Positions 49,078-59,216 of a stretch of 64,000 nt of DNA are shown here, in pieces; the stretch's first letter is position 1, and each line of letters starts with the position of its first letter. Under the pieces are notes generated by a model, which saw only the letters and a program-made list of their open reading frames with translations, did no database searches and was not told where the DNA came from. Source of the DNA: Longimicrobiales bacterium (GTDB taxonomy: Bacteria > Gemmatimonadota > Gemmatimonadetes > Longimicrobiales > Gaopeijiaceae); contig CBDAON010000004.1 in NCBI GenBank assembly GCA_965198065.1, forward strand, positions 960,001-1,024,000, read 5' to 3'. Both the position numbers and the translations under genes were made by a program.

Positions 49078-52000
49078 ATGAGCCGACTTCCCTGGGTGTT
49101 GGCGAGCCTCGTCGCGCTGTTCAGCGCCCCGGGGCCGCTGGGGGCGCAGGTGTCCCTCCCCAGCACGGGAGCGGGGGTCGTGGCCGAGCCGTCCGGCCGT
49201 TTCGTCATATCCGGTGTCCCTGCCGGTACCCACAGACTTCGCATTAACGTCCTGGGATACAGGCCGCTGGACCGCCCGGTGAACGTGGTCGCGGGCGAGG
49301 TGACCGAGGTGAGCCTGGGGCTCGAATCCGCAGCCGTGGTGCTCAAGGGTCTCGTCGTGACCGCGCTCGGAATCGAGCGAAGGGCACGCACGCTGGGCGT
49401 GGCTACTCAGCACATCGACGACACGCGCCTCGGCCCGATCGCGCCCAACGTCGTGGCGAGCCTTTCGGGGCGGGTGCCGGGGGTGAGCATCACAAACGCG
49501 ACGACCCAGGGCGGCTCGTCGCGCATCGTGATCCGAGGCGAGAGCTCCCTTCTCGGCAACAACCAGCCTCTGTTCGTGGTGGACGGGATCCCGGTGGACA
49601 ACTACATCGGCGTCCGTCAGGGGGTCCTGGCCGACCAGGGCGGGTACGACTACGGCACCCTGATCAACGACCTCGACCTGGGCTCGATCGAGTCCGTGAC
49701 GGTGCTCAAGGGTCCGAACGCGTCCTCGCTCTACGGCTCCCGCGCGTCAAACGGGGCCATCCTCGTCGATACGAGGAAGGGCATCGGCGCCTTGGGCGGC
49801 GCGGACATCGTCGTCAGTCAGACCGTCACGTGGGAGGACGAGCTCCGCCTGCCGAAGTACCAGAGCGAGTACGGCCAGGGGAACCAGGGGATCTTCGAGT
49901 ACTACGACGGAGACGGAAACGGGCGCTTCGACGAGAGGGACGAGAGCTGGGGCCCCCCGCTCGACGTGGGTCTGATGATCCCGCAGTTCCACAGCCCGGT
50001 CACGGGCGTCGACGCGAACGGGCGGGCCATCCTCGAGCCGCTCCCCTGGGTGTCGCATCCGGACAACATCGACCAGTTCTACGAACGGGGTACGGTGGTC
50101 ACGAGCGTCTCCGTGGCGAGCGCCTCGGACCGCATGAACGGCCGCATGGGCTACACCCGGTTCGGCCAGAACGGGATGGTCCCTGGCAATCGACTCGATC
50201 GCTCGACCTTGAGCCTCGCGGGCGGGATGACGGCCACCGACTGGCTGCGGCTGGACACGTCCCTCCAGTACACCACCCAGGGGGGGCTCAACCGACCGGC
50301 CCAGGGCTACGATCCAAACAACCCGCAGGGTCAGATCGGAGTCTGGTTCGGGCGCCAGGTCGACATGGAGCTGCTCCGGCGGAACTACTTGGAGCGCTTC
50401 CCGGATGGGCACCCGGCGGCCGGCACGCCCTACAACTGGCAGCGGCATTACTGGAACAACCCGTATTACCTCCAGTTGGCGAACGGCAACGAGGACGAGC
50501 GCAACCGGCTCTTCGGCCAGGTCTCCGCTTCGTTTCAGCTGATGCCGTGGCTCGCCGGGATGGCTCGGACCGCCACCGACTGGTACGAGGACGATCGCTT
50601 GAAGGCCTGGGCCGAAGACAACTGCTGCATGTACTCGACGAACCCCCTCACCGGCGGGCGTGAGCCCGTTCAGGGAACGGGGGCGTTCGCCAGGGTGGGA
50701 CCTGGGCTTTCAGGAGACGAACTACACGGACTTCCTGTTCCAGGCGACGCCGGACCTGGGCTTTCCCGTTTCGACCTCCGTCAGCTTCGGCGGAAACCGA
50801 CGTGACTGGAGGCGCACGCAGGATTACGTCTGGGTGGGCCGGCTCGCGACCCCCGGGATCTTCAACGTGGGAAACGCATCCGTCGCACCCGACAGCTACG
50901 TCCGCATATACGACAAGCGCGTGAACAGCCTTTACGGCCAAGTCCTGGTCGGGTACGAGGATTATCTCTTCGCGACAGTGACCGGAAGGAACGACTGGTC
51001 GTCCACGCTCCCCGAGCAGAGCCGCTCCTACTTCTACCCGTCCGTCAGCGGAAGCTTCGTGTTCTCGGACGCCGTCGGGTCGCTCCGGGAAAGCGACCGA
51101 TTAAGCTACGGGAAGCTGCGGGCGAGCTGGGCGCGCGCCGGCAACGATACCGACCCCTACTTGCTCAGAAACACCTACGTCGCGAGCGAGATCTGGGAGG
51201 GGAGCCCCACGTTCACCGTACCGGGCGCCTTGCAGAACGCGGATCTCCGCCCCGAGATCACCGAGTCGATCGAGGTGGGCCTGGAGCTGGCCTTCCTTGA
51301 CGACCGCCTGGGGGTGGACGTCACGTACTACACCGAGGAAACGCGCGACCAGATCTTCAACGTCAACATCTCACCCACGACGGGATACAGGAGCCGGTGG
51401 CTGAACGCCGGGACCGTCGAGAACAAGGGATGGGAGCTGATGGTCGCCGCCATCCCTTACGAGACCGCCACGGCGCAGTGGCAGACCTCCCTGACCTGGT
51501 CCGCGAACGAGAACACCGTGATCGAGCTGGCCGATGGCGTCACCGGTCTCGAGATCAGCCATCAGGTGCACTGGGGCGCTTCCATCTTCGCGAGGCAGGG
51601 AGAGCCCTACGGTCAGATCGTGGGCCGGGCGTACGAGCGCAGCCCCGACGGGGGGATCCTGGTGGACGCGGCGGGCTACCCGGTGCGCACCCCGACCCCG
51701 CAGGTGATCGGAAACGTCAACCGAGATTGGCGAGCCGGCTGGTGGAACCAGCTGACCCTCGGGCCGTTCACGTTATCGGGCCTGCTGGATGGGAAGGTCG
51801 GTGGCGACCTGTACTCGGTGTCAAAGTTCCACGGCACCTTTACGGGCGTGTTCGCCGAGACGGCCGGCCCCGGCCGCTGCATTCGGGCGGAGAACCCCGA
51901 CTCGTACTATCCGGTTTGCGATGCCGACACCGGGATCATCTTCGACGGCATGCGGAGCGTGGTGATCGGCGCCGACACGACGTACGTCGAGAACGAGGTC

Positions 52001-52313
52001 CCCGTGGATGGCCGCAGCCTGGGCTTCTTCAACAACTTCCTCATCGCCGAGGCTAACGTCGTGGACGGCACCTTCCTCAAGCTGCGTGAGCTGTCGGTGT
52101 CGTACGACCTTCCGGAGTCCTGAGGTGACGCGCGCGCGGATGAGCGCCGCGCAGATCACGCTGATCGGCCGGAACCTGTGGCTCTGGACACCGAGCGAAA
52201 ACCCGCACTTCGACCCGGAACACGTCACCGAGGCGAGCAACGTGCAAGGGTTTGAGTACGGCCAGATTCCTCCGGCGAGAAGCTTCGGATTCAAGCTGAC
52301 CGCGCGGCCCTGA
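49078..52313 (+). CDS. SusC/RagA-family TonB-dependent transporter, two frameshifts (about 50694 and 52123)
   Basis: VVTALGIER, IVIRGESSL..NNQPLFVVDG, LKGPNASSLYGSRASNGAI, RNDWSSTLP..SYFYPSVS, YGKLRAS, FLKLRELS, GRNLW, C-terminal FGFKLTARP. Confidence 0.9.
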
Positions 52314-52339
52314 CCCAGACGCGACAGGAGATCACCGCG

Positions 52340-53773
52340 GTGAACGGCACGAAACGGATCCAGGCCGTCGCCCTGCTCGGGCTGGTGGCCGCGCTCGGAG
52401 CAGCGTGCGACTCGGGCCTCACGGACGTGAACGAGAACCCGAACCAGCCCGAGGTCGTGCCGGTCGGAAGCGTTCTGGCGAGCGGCATGTGGAACCTTAT
52501 CGCGAACGCCGCGGGACGGGGAGTCTTCGGAGAAATGACGACGGCGTTCCACACGTATCTCTGGTCCCAGCACCTCACCGCGTTGGCCTACAACGAGAAG
52601 GACCGATACACGCCGCGCGAAGGCGTGAACGAGCTGATCTGGGGCGAGATGTACGCGGGCGCGCTCCTCGACCTGAAGCGCGCGCAGGAGCTCGCCGTGG
52701 GGGACGGGAACGACAACTTGATCGCGGTGACGGACATTCTTCTGGTCTACGGGTTTCTCTTCCTCACGGACCTGTTCGGAGACATCCCGTACGAGGAGGC
52801 CCTGAACCTCGAGGACTACAGAGCTCCGGCGTTCACGCCCCAGTCCGAGATCTATCCGGACCTGCTCCGACGTCTCGAGGTCGCGGCGGAGACGATCGAC
52901 TCCTCTTCGCGCCCGGACTGGGCCTCCGGGGACCTGATCTATGGGGGGGACATGGAGCGCTGGGAGGAATTCGCCCACTCCCTCCGGCTCCGCATAGCCA
53001 TGCGCACGCAGAAGACCGCCTACGGGCCCACCGCGGCCCAAGAGTTCAGCCGGTCGTGGAGCGCGAACCGGTTCGACGGGAACGGCGACGCGGCGTCGCT
53101 AGCGTGGACGGGCACGCTCCCCTCGCAAAACCCGATGTACGAGTTCGTCGAGCTGGGTGGTCGCGACGGCGACTTCCGGGTCAGCCAGTCGATTGTGGAC
53201 TCACTGGCGGCACGAAACGACCCCCGGCTCGCGGTCTTCGCGGACGCCGCGGCCTCGGACGGGATCATGCGAGGTCTACGCAACGGCTTGCTCCCGATCG
53301 ACGAGAACCGGGGAGTCGCCGACTACTCGACGATCGGCGCGGCGTTTCTCGCCCCTGACGCGCCGTCCGTTCTGATGTCGTACGCGGAGGTCCTCTTCCT
53401 CGGGGCCGAGGCGGCGGCGCGCGGCTGGATTTCCGGCGACCCGGAGGCCCTCTATCGGGATGCGATCACGGCGTCTATGGAGCAGCACGGAATCGCTCCG
53501 GCAGCGATCGAGGCGTATCTGGCGCAGCCGTCCGTGGCGTACACGGGGCTGGACGACATCCTGACGCAGAAATGGATCGCCCTGTACATGGCGGGTCCCG
53601 AGGCGTTCGCCGAGGTCCGGAGGACGGGGATCCCGGACCTGACCCCCGCGGAAAACGGCGTGATCGACGAGATCCCGTCCCGGATGCCGTATCCGGCAAA
53701 CGAGGGGCTCTACAACCCCAACTTCAAGGATTACGAGGGCGTAGACTACACCACCCCGCTCTGGTGGATGTGA
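52340..53773 (+). CDS. SusD/RagB-family surface lipoprotein
   Basis: Lipobox GAAC, NENPN, TDLFGDIPY, DLIYGGD..W, YAEVLFLGAEAA, QKWIA, RRTG. Confidence 0.9.
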   Translation: MNGTKRIQAVALLGLVAALGAACDSGLTDVNENPNQPEVVPVGSVLASGMWNLIANAAGRGVFGEMTTAFHTYLWSQHLTALAYNEKDRYTPREGVNELIWGEMYAGALLDLKRAQELAVGDGNDNLIAVTDILLVYGFLFLTDLFGDIPYEEALNLEDYRAPAFTPQSEIYPDLLRRLEVAAETIDSSSRPDWASGDLIYGGDMERWEEFAHSLRLRIAMRTQKTAYGPTAAQEFSRSWSANRFDGNGDAASLAWTGTLPSQNPMYEFVELGGRDGDFRVSQSIVDSLAARNDPRLAVFADAAASDGIMRGLRNGLLPIDENRGVADYSTIGAAFLAPDAPSVLMSYAEVLFLGAEAAARGWISGDPEALYRDAITASMEQHGIAPAAIEAYLAQPSVAYTGLDDILTQKWIALYMAGPEAFAEVRRTGIPDLTPAENGVIDEIPSRMPYPANEGLYNPNFKDYEGVDYTTPLWWM

Positions 53774-53869
53774 GCGGCCCCGACGGCCCGGACCGGCGTT
53801 TCCGATCGCGTTCCCGGTACCCCGTTCCCGGTAGCCCGACCCGGCAGTTTCCGGTGCCCCTCTCCGGGG

Positions 53870-54592
53870 TTAGCGGCCCGCCCACTCCGATCGGGCCGCC
53901 TCAAGCCGCTCGGGCGTGCCCACCTCGAACCAGGCCGCGTCCCCAATCGAGTACGGCACGATCCGCTCCCCCTCCGAAGCGAGCCTGAGGTACACGTCGA
54001 GGATCGGAAAGACGCCCATTTCCGTGATCCTCCCGGGGAGGTCCTCGGATGCGACGTGAACTCCCGAGAAGGACCACTCCCGCGGTCGCTCCCCGGGGGG
54101 GCGGACCTCCGTCCGCGCGCCGCGTGTGTCGTCCACGCGCCCTAAGAGCCCCTGGTCGTCGAAGAGGAGCCGCCTGGTGCTCTTCCGATCGCTCACCCCG
54201 AGCGTCACGAGCGCGCCAGACTCTCGATGGGCTCTCCACATAGCCCCGAGATCCACGTCCGAGAGAACGTCTACGTTGTACAGGAAGAAGGGAGCGTCTC
54301 CACGAAGCAGCCCGGCCGCCTGCTTCAGCCCTCCGCCGGTCTCCAGCGGTCGTTCCTCCTCGACCGAGAGGATCACCTCCGCTCCGAGGTCGTGCGTCTC
54401 GAGCCAGCGGGCGATTCGATCCGCGTGATGGTGCACGTTCACCACGATCCGGTCGACACCCGCGCCGACGAGGCGGGACGCCACGTGCTCGAGCATCGTA
54501 CGCCCGCCCACGTGCAGGAGCGCCTTCGGAGCCTCGTGCCCGATCTCTCCCAGTCGGGTCCCGAGGCCCGCAGCCAGGATCAGGGCGTCCAA
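53870..54592 (-). CDS. murU: Nucleotidyltransferase, MurU-like (MurNAc-1P uridylyltransferase)
   Basis: LAAGLGTRL..PKAL, VNVHH, LETGGGL, NVDVLSD, WFEVGTPE; coupled to amgK. Confidence 0.75.
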   Translation of the reverse strand: MDALILAAGLGTRLGEIGHEAPKALLHVGGRTMLEHVASRLVGAGVDRIVVNVHHHADRIARWLETHDLGAEVILSVEEERPLETGGGLKQAAGLLRGDAPFFLYNVDVLSDVDLGAMWRAHRESGALVTLGVSDRKSTRRLLFDDQGLLGRVDDTRGARTEVRPPGERPREWSFSGVHVASEDLPGRITEMGVFPILDVYLRLASEGERIVPYSIGDAAWFEVGTPERLEAARSEWAGR

Positions 54593-56073
54593 GAAGCGGG
54601 CTCGGCTCCGGGCCAGCGTGACCTCTCGCGATGCCGCACACTCACGTCCAGGTCCGGAAACCGCTCGCGCAGCTCGCGCGCGAGGCGCTCGGACAAATAC
54701 ACCGACCGGTGCTGACCCCCGGTGCAACCGAAAGCCACGGACATGTCCTCGAGCCGGCGCTCGCGGAAGCTCTCCACGTGCTGGACGACCAGACTCCAGG
54801 CGGCGTCCCAGAGCCGCTCCACCTCCGGGAGGGCCTCCATAAAGCGGACAACCTCCGGGTCCGTGCCGGTCGCGCGCGAGAGCTCCTCCAGCCGACCCGG
54901 ATTCGGAAGGGACCGGCAGTCGAAAACGAAGCCACCCCCGTGTCCCCGATCGTCCGACGGATACCCGTCCCGGTAGCTGAAGCTTGAGACGTGGACGGCC
55001 AATCGGTTAGACCGAGCCGGCGCGGGCGGCTCCGCCGACCAGTCCACAACGATGCGCCGAAGCGCCCGCTCGAGCTCCGGGGCCTGGACGGGGAGCGGCC
55101 CTCGCTCCAGGATCCCGGCAACGTTCCCCGCGGCGTACGGAACGCTCTCGAGGAATCGCGGCTTCCGTTCGAAGAACCCGCGATATCCGTACGAACCCAG
55201 GGCCTGGAGGATCCGGACAAGGACGTAGCCGCGATAGAGCTCGCGGAAACGGTCCGGACTCACGTCGACCCACTTGGAGAGCGCCTCGATGTAGCCGTCC
55301 AGCAGCCGCTCGCGGACCGCTTCGGGGATCGCGGCCTTCGCGTCGTAGAGGAGAGACGCGATGTCGTATTGGAGCGCGCCTCTCCTCCCACCCTGGTAGT
55401 CGATGAAGCGAGGCGTCCCCTCCTGGACGAGGATGTTCCGCGACTGGAAATCTCGGTACAAGAAGGAGTCAGAATCGGCCTCGAGAAGGAAGCGCGTCAG
55501 GCGCTCGAAGTCGTCCTCCAGGAGCTGCTCGTTGAACGGGATCCGGGCCAGCTTGAGGAAGTGGTACTTGAAGTAGTTCAGGTCCCAGCGGATAGACCGG
55601 GCGTCGAAGGCGGCCCGCGGATACGCAGCGTCGAAATCGATGGCCCGCCCCCCCTCGAGCTGGAACCGCGGCAGAATCCCGACGACCCGCAGGTAGACGT
55701 CCAGGATCTCACCCGGAAAGTCGTTGTCCTCCCCTCCGAGCCCCGGCATCGCCCCACTCCTGGACTCCCGCGCCCTGGACAGCGCCTGGAACAGGGTCGT
55801 GTCGCCCAGGTCCTCGACCAGCCAGACCCCCGAGGCCTCGGCGGCGGCGTAGAGCTCGGGGACGGGGAGCTCAAGGTCCCGAAACGTGCGCGTGAAGGAA
55901 ATGAAGGCCCGGTTCTCGTCCGAGTCCGGTCCGTATCCGCCCACGACCGTGCCGTGCGGTCCGCCCCGGAGACGGACGTACGTTCGGACAGACCCGTCGG
56001 CTGCCATCCGCTCCATCGAGTCAGGAACGGTGCCGAACGTGCGTCGGAAGAGGTCGCGGATCGCAGCGTGCAT
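54580..56073 (-). CDS. AmgK-like anomeric sugar kinase (APH fold) fused to a RapZ C-terminal domain
   Basis: DGSVRTYVR, EDLGD, YRDFQSRNI, IDYQG, YDIASLL; C-terminal SFSY..FVFDCRSLPNPG..GCTGGQHRSVY. Confidence 0.85.
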   Translation of the reverse strand: MHAAIRDLFRRTFGTVPDSMERMAADGSVRTYVRLRGGPHGTVVGGYGPDSDENRAFISFTRTFRDLELPVPELYAAAEASGVWLVEDLGDTTLFQALSRARESRSGAMPGLGGEDNDFPGEILDVYLRVVGILPRFQLEGGRAIDFDAAYPRAAFDARSIRWDLNYFKYHFLKLARIPFNEQLLEDDFERLTRFLLEADSDSFLYRDFQSRNILVQEGTPRFIDYQGGRRGALQYDIASLLYDAKAAIPEAVRERLLDGYIEALSKWVDVSPDRFRELYRGYVLVRILQALGSYGYRGFFERKPRFLESVPYAAGNVAGILERGPLPVQAPELERALRRIVVDWSAEPPAPARSNRLAVHVSSFSYRDGYPSDDRGHGGGFVFDCRSLPNPGRLEELSRATGTDPEVVRFMEALPEVERLWDAAWSLVVQHVESFRERRLEDMSVAFGCTGGQHRSVYLSERLARELRERFPDLDVSVRHRERSRWPGAEPASWTP

Positions 56074-56130
56074 TCCAGAAAGATACTAGGGAGGCTTCGC
56101 ATGACTACGCCCGGAGGCCGCGGCGCTTCC

Positions 56131-56159
56131 TTGCTCGGCCGCACCACGGTCCGTACGAT
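56131..56159 (+). promoter_or_regulatory. sigma70-type promoter TTGCTC-N17-TACGAT
   Basis: Hexamer match; RBS GGAGG before ATG 56208. Confidence 0.55.
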
Positions 56160-56207
56160 TCCCCTTTCGCCCCGTGCACTCCTCATGGCGGTGGAGGGAC
56201 GACCCCG

Positions 56208-57452
56208 ATGAGCTTCCGTTCGCCCCTTTTCGTAGCCGCCCTCACACTGCCCTGCCTCGCATCCGCCACGTTCGGCCAGGAGCCGGGGGTGGTGCGGACG
56301 ACGGATGCGTCGGGGACCGAGATCGTGACGCTCACGGGGGCCCCCGGGGACTACGGGTCGATCGGATCGTTGGCTGCCGCCCCGGACCTCGAGATCGCCT
56401 CGCTGACCGGGAGCGACGTGGATTTCCTGGGCGCCATCCGGGCGGTCCGGACGCTCCCCGACGGCTCCCTCATCGTGGCCGACGGTCAAAAGGGTCTGAT
56501 CGGACTCTTCGACCCGGAAGGCGATCCGGTCGGGACCATGGGTGGGCTCGGGGAGGTCCCGGGGCTGTTCCGGACCCTCTCGACCGTCCCCTTCGTGAGT
56601 GGGGACAGCGTCTGGGTATGGGACGAAATGTCTGACCGCATGACGGTCTTCAGTACCGACGGATCGGTGGCCCGATCGATGATGCTCCCCCCGCTGGCGA
56701 GCTTCGAGTTTCAAAAAGTGTTCGTGCTTCCGAACGGAGGGCTCCTGGGTTCGTCGGAGGGTCGCGTGGTCTTCCCGACTATGGGCATCCAAATGGGATC
56801 CACGCTCCAACGGGACTCGGTGCACCTCGTGCTGTACAGCCCGACCGGAGCGATGATGCGTCCACTCGTGTCCTTCCCGGGGGCCGAGTCGCTACAAGTC
56901 CTCCTGTCGACCCGACCGAACCAGGTCACCAGCATTACGCTTCCCCTCCCCTTCCAGAGAAACGGCCCGTTCGCGGTGACGGACGAGTGGATCGTCGGGG
57001 GGGCGAACGACCGCTTCGAACTAAGCTGGTGGAGTCACGAGGGAGACCTCGAGCGCGTGACCCGCTTTCCGTCGTACGACCGGCCGGTCTCGGCCGCCGA
57101 GGTCGATGCCCTGCGTGGGGAGTGGCTCGAGCAGGCCGGAGGCTCTCCGCAGAGCGTCGAGATGGTGGAGATGTCCTTCAGCGAGGCGGCCATACCGGAG
57201 CTTCTTCCCGCCTTCCAGACGGTGCTGGTCGGCCAGGACGGGCGCGTCTGGGTTCGGGAGCACGACCTCCACGCTGACGGCGCACCGAAGTGGTGGGCCT
57301 TCGACCCCGACGGCGGCGTCCCCGAGGGTTGGCTGGAAGTCCCCGCGGACCTAGAGGTCCACGAGATCGGTGAGGACTATGTCCTAGCGGTGTGGAGAGA
57401 TTTCACGGGGCTTCCGTTCGTTCGCCGCTACCTCGTTGATCTGTCGGAGTGA
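56208..57452 (+). CDS. Exported 6-bladed beta-propeller (NHL-like) protein
   Basis: Signal peptide; DGSLIVAD..FDPEG..GGLGEVPGLF, GDSVWVWD, DGRVWV, WWAFDPDG. Confidence 0.75.
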   Translation: MSFRSPLFVAALTLPCLASATFGQEPGVVRTTDASGTEIVTLTGAPGDYGSIGSLAAAPDLEIASLTGSDVDFLGAIRAVRTLPDGSLIVADGQKGLIGLFDPEGDPVGTMGGLGEVPGLFRTLSTVPFVSGDSVWVWDEMSDRMTVFSTDGSVARSMMLPPLASFEFQKVFVLPNGGLLGSSEGRVVFPTMGIQMGSTLQRDSVHLVLYSPTGAMMRPLVSFPGAESLQVLLSTRPNQVTSITLPLPFQRNGPFAVTDEWIVGGANDRFELSWWSHEGDLERVTRFPSYDRPVSAAEVDALRGEWLEQAGGSPQSVEMVEMSFSEAAIPELLPAFQTVLVGQDGRVWVREHDLHADGAPKWWAFDPDGGVPEGWLEVPADLEVHEIGEDYVLAVWRDFTGLPFVRRYLVDLSE

Positions 57453-57505
57453 GCCGCAAGCGAAAGCCCCGGGGCCGCTCGGCATTCCTGTCCGCCCCTG
57501 CCCTC

Positions 57506-59095
57506 CTAACGCCCGACCTGCTGGACCCGCTCGAACTCCGCAATCGCGTTCGTATAGTTGATGATCGCCCGGAGCTCCGTGAGACGCGCCGAGGTCAGCG
57601 TGTTCTGGGACGACACGACCTGGAAGTTCGTGGACGCTCCCACTGAGAAGCGCACGAGCTCCGCCTCCGTGCTCCGCTCCGCGGCCTCGCGGCTCCGGCG
57701 TGCGGCCTCCAGCTGGAGGAACGTGTTCTCCACTGCGAGACCGGCGTTTGTGACCTCGGTCGCTATCGCGAGATCCTGGCTCCGGAGGGCGATCTCGTCC
57801 TGCCGGAGCTGGAGCTGGGCCCGCTCCACGTTGGCCTTGGCCGACCGCATCCCGATCGGGTACGTGAAGCTCAGGCTCAGGTTCAGGCTGGGCGTTTCGA
57901 AGTTCGTGAGCGAGTTGAGCCCATCCACATAGCCGCCCCGCTCGATGAGCTCGGGAGCGCCGCCCAGGCCGGAGCGCGAGAAGAGGTCGCCTCCCACGCC
58001 TAGGAGCGAGTACGACGCGGTCAGATTCAGATCAGGGAGCGCATCCTCGCGGGTGACGTCAAGGTTCAACTCCGAGATCTCGTACCGCTGACGCAGCTGT
58101 CGAATGTCCGTGCGGTTCAGGCGCGCACGCTCGATGGCCGCTTCGATGTCTGCCTCCACCTCCTCGATCGCCGGCACGTCGACCGGCGAGATCGTCTGCG
58201 CGAAGAGGGGGTCGTCGGGACCACCGACCAACAGCCGCTTCAGGGTCAGCTCCTGGGTGCGCCACTGGATCTCGGCGTTCAGGAGCCCCTGCTCGGCGTT
58301 TGCCACCTGCGCCTCGGCCTGCACCAGCTCGATCTCCGCCAGCGTCCCCAGTGTTACCCGAAGCCTGTTGTTCTCCAGGAGTTGCTGGGCCTGCTCGAGG
58401 CTCCGCCGCTGGATCTCGATCTGCTCGATCGCGGAGCGCAGGGCCCAGTAGGCCACGCGGACCTCGTTCGAGATGTTCTCGATCTGGCCGGTGAGCTGGA
58501 TGTCCGTGATCTCCTGCTGGATCACCTGCGTCTCAAGAGCCGTGCGCTGGTTGTCCGTCCGGAGGCCCGAGAGTAGAGGCTGCGTGTAGCTGAGGCTCAT
58601 GGACGAGCTGTAGCTGGGGTTCCGCGTCGCGAAGGAGTTGTCCGTGGACGTGCGGCTGTTGTTGAAGCTCGTGCTGAGTCGCCCCCCGTACCACGGGAGC
58701 GTCTGCGAGAGCTGGAGGTTCACGCTGCCGCGCTCGGTGGTCGTCCGGGCCCCCCCGTCCAACTGACTGGTGGACTGGTTGGACGAGTTGTTGTATCCGA
58801 TGGATCCCCCCAGGGTCGGCGAGAACGCCGCGTCGACGGAAGTCATCGCATAGCTCTGGATCTCGGGCGCGAGACGGGCGCTCTGGAGGTCCAGGTTGCT
58901 CCGGCGCGCGCGGTCGATCGCCTCCTGGAGCGTCAAGGTGACGAGGGTCTCGCCGGGATCCGCCGGAGGTAACGCCGAGCCCACCTCGTACCGGCCCTCG
59001 GGAGGCGCGCCAGCCTGCTGGGCAAGAGTGCCCCGGGGGCCAGCCAGGATCACGGAAACCGCGAAGACGAGGGTACTCCACGCCTGCTTCGTCAT
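57506..59095 (-). CDS. TolC-family outer-membrane efflux protein
   Basis: LTLQEAI..N.DL, YTQPLL, EVRVAYW, LPDLNL, RFSVGASTNFQV. Confidence 0.88.
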   Translation of the reverse strand: MTKQAWSTLVFAVSVILAGPRGTLAQQAGAPPEGRYEVGSALPPADPGETLVTLTLQEAIDRARRSNLDLQSARLAPEIQSYAMTSVDAAFSPTLGGSIGYNNSSNQSTSQLDGGARTTTERGSVNLQLSQTLPWYGGRLSTSFNNSRTSTDNSFATRNPSYSSSMSLSYTQPLLSGLRTDNQRTALETQVIQQEITDIQLTGQIENISNEVRVAYWALRSAIEQIEIQRRSLEQAQQLLENNRLRVTLGTLAEIELVQAEAQVANAEQGLLNAEIQWRTQELTLKRLLVGGPDDPLFAQTISPVDVPAIEEVEADIEAAIERARLNRTDIRQLRQRYEISELNLDVTREDALPDLNLTASYSLLGVGGDLFSRSGLGGAPELIERGGYVDGLNSLTNFETPSLNLSLSFTYPIGMRSAKANVERAQLQLRQDEIALRSQDLAIATEVTNAGLAVENTFLQLEAARRSREAAERSTEAELVRFSVGASTNFQVVSSQNTLTSARLTELRAIINYTNAIAEFERVQQVGR

Positions 59096-59216
59096 GGACT
59101 CGTACCTCTGGATCGAAAGGGTTGTCGCGCGCGCCTTCGCCGCGCGCGTTTCGCTACGCCCTTGGACACCTGGGGAGCCTGGAATGTTAGCCGAAGAGGG
59201 CAGCGCCCCGCCGAGG

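Noticed and set aside
52121..52123. Selenocysteine read-through at the susC TGA
   Set aside because: The conserved C-terminus continues in a different frame, so an indel rather than recoding is needed
53775..53870. Short CCGGT-containing repeats after susD
   Set aside because: Degenerate and irregularly spaced; consistent with GC-rich background
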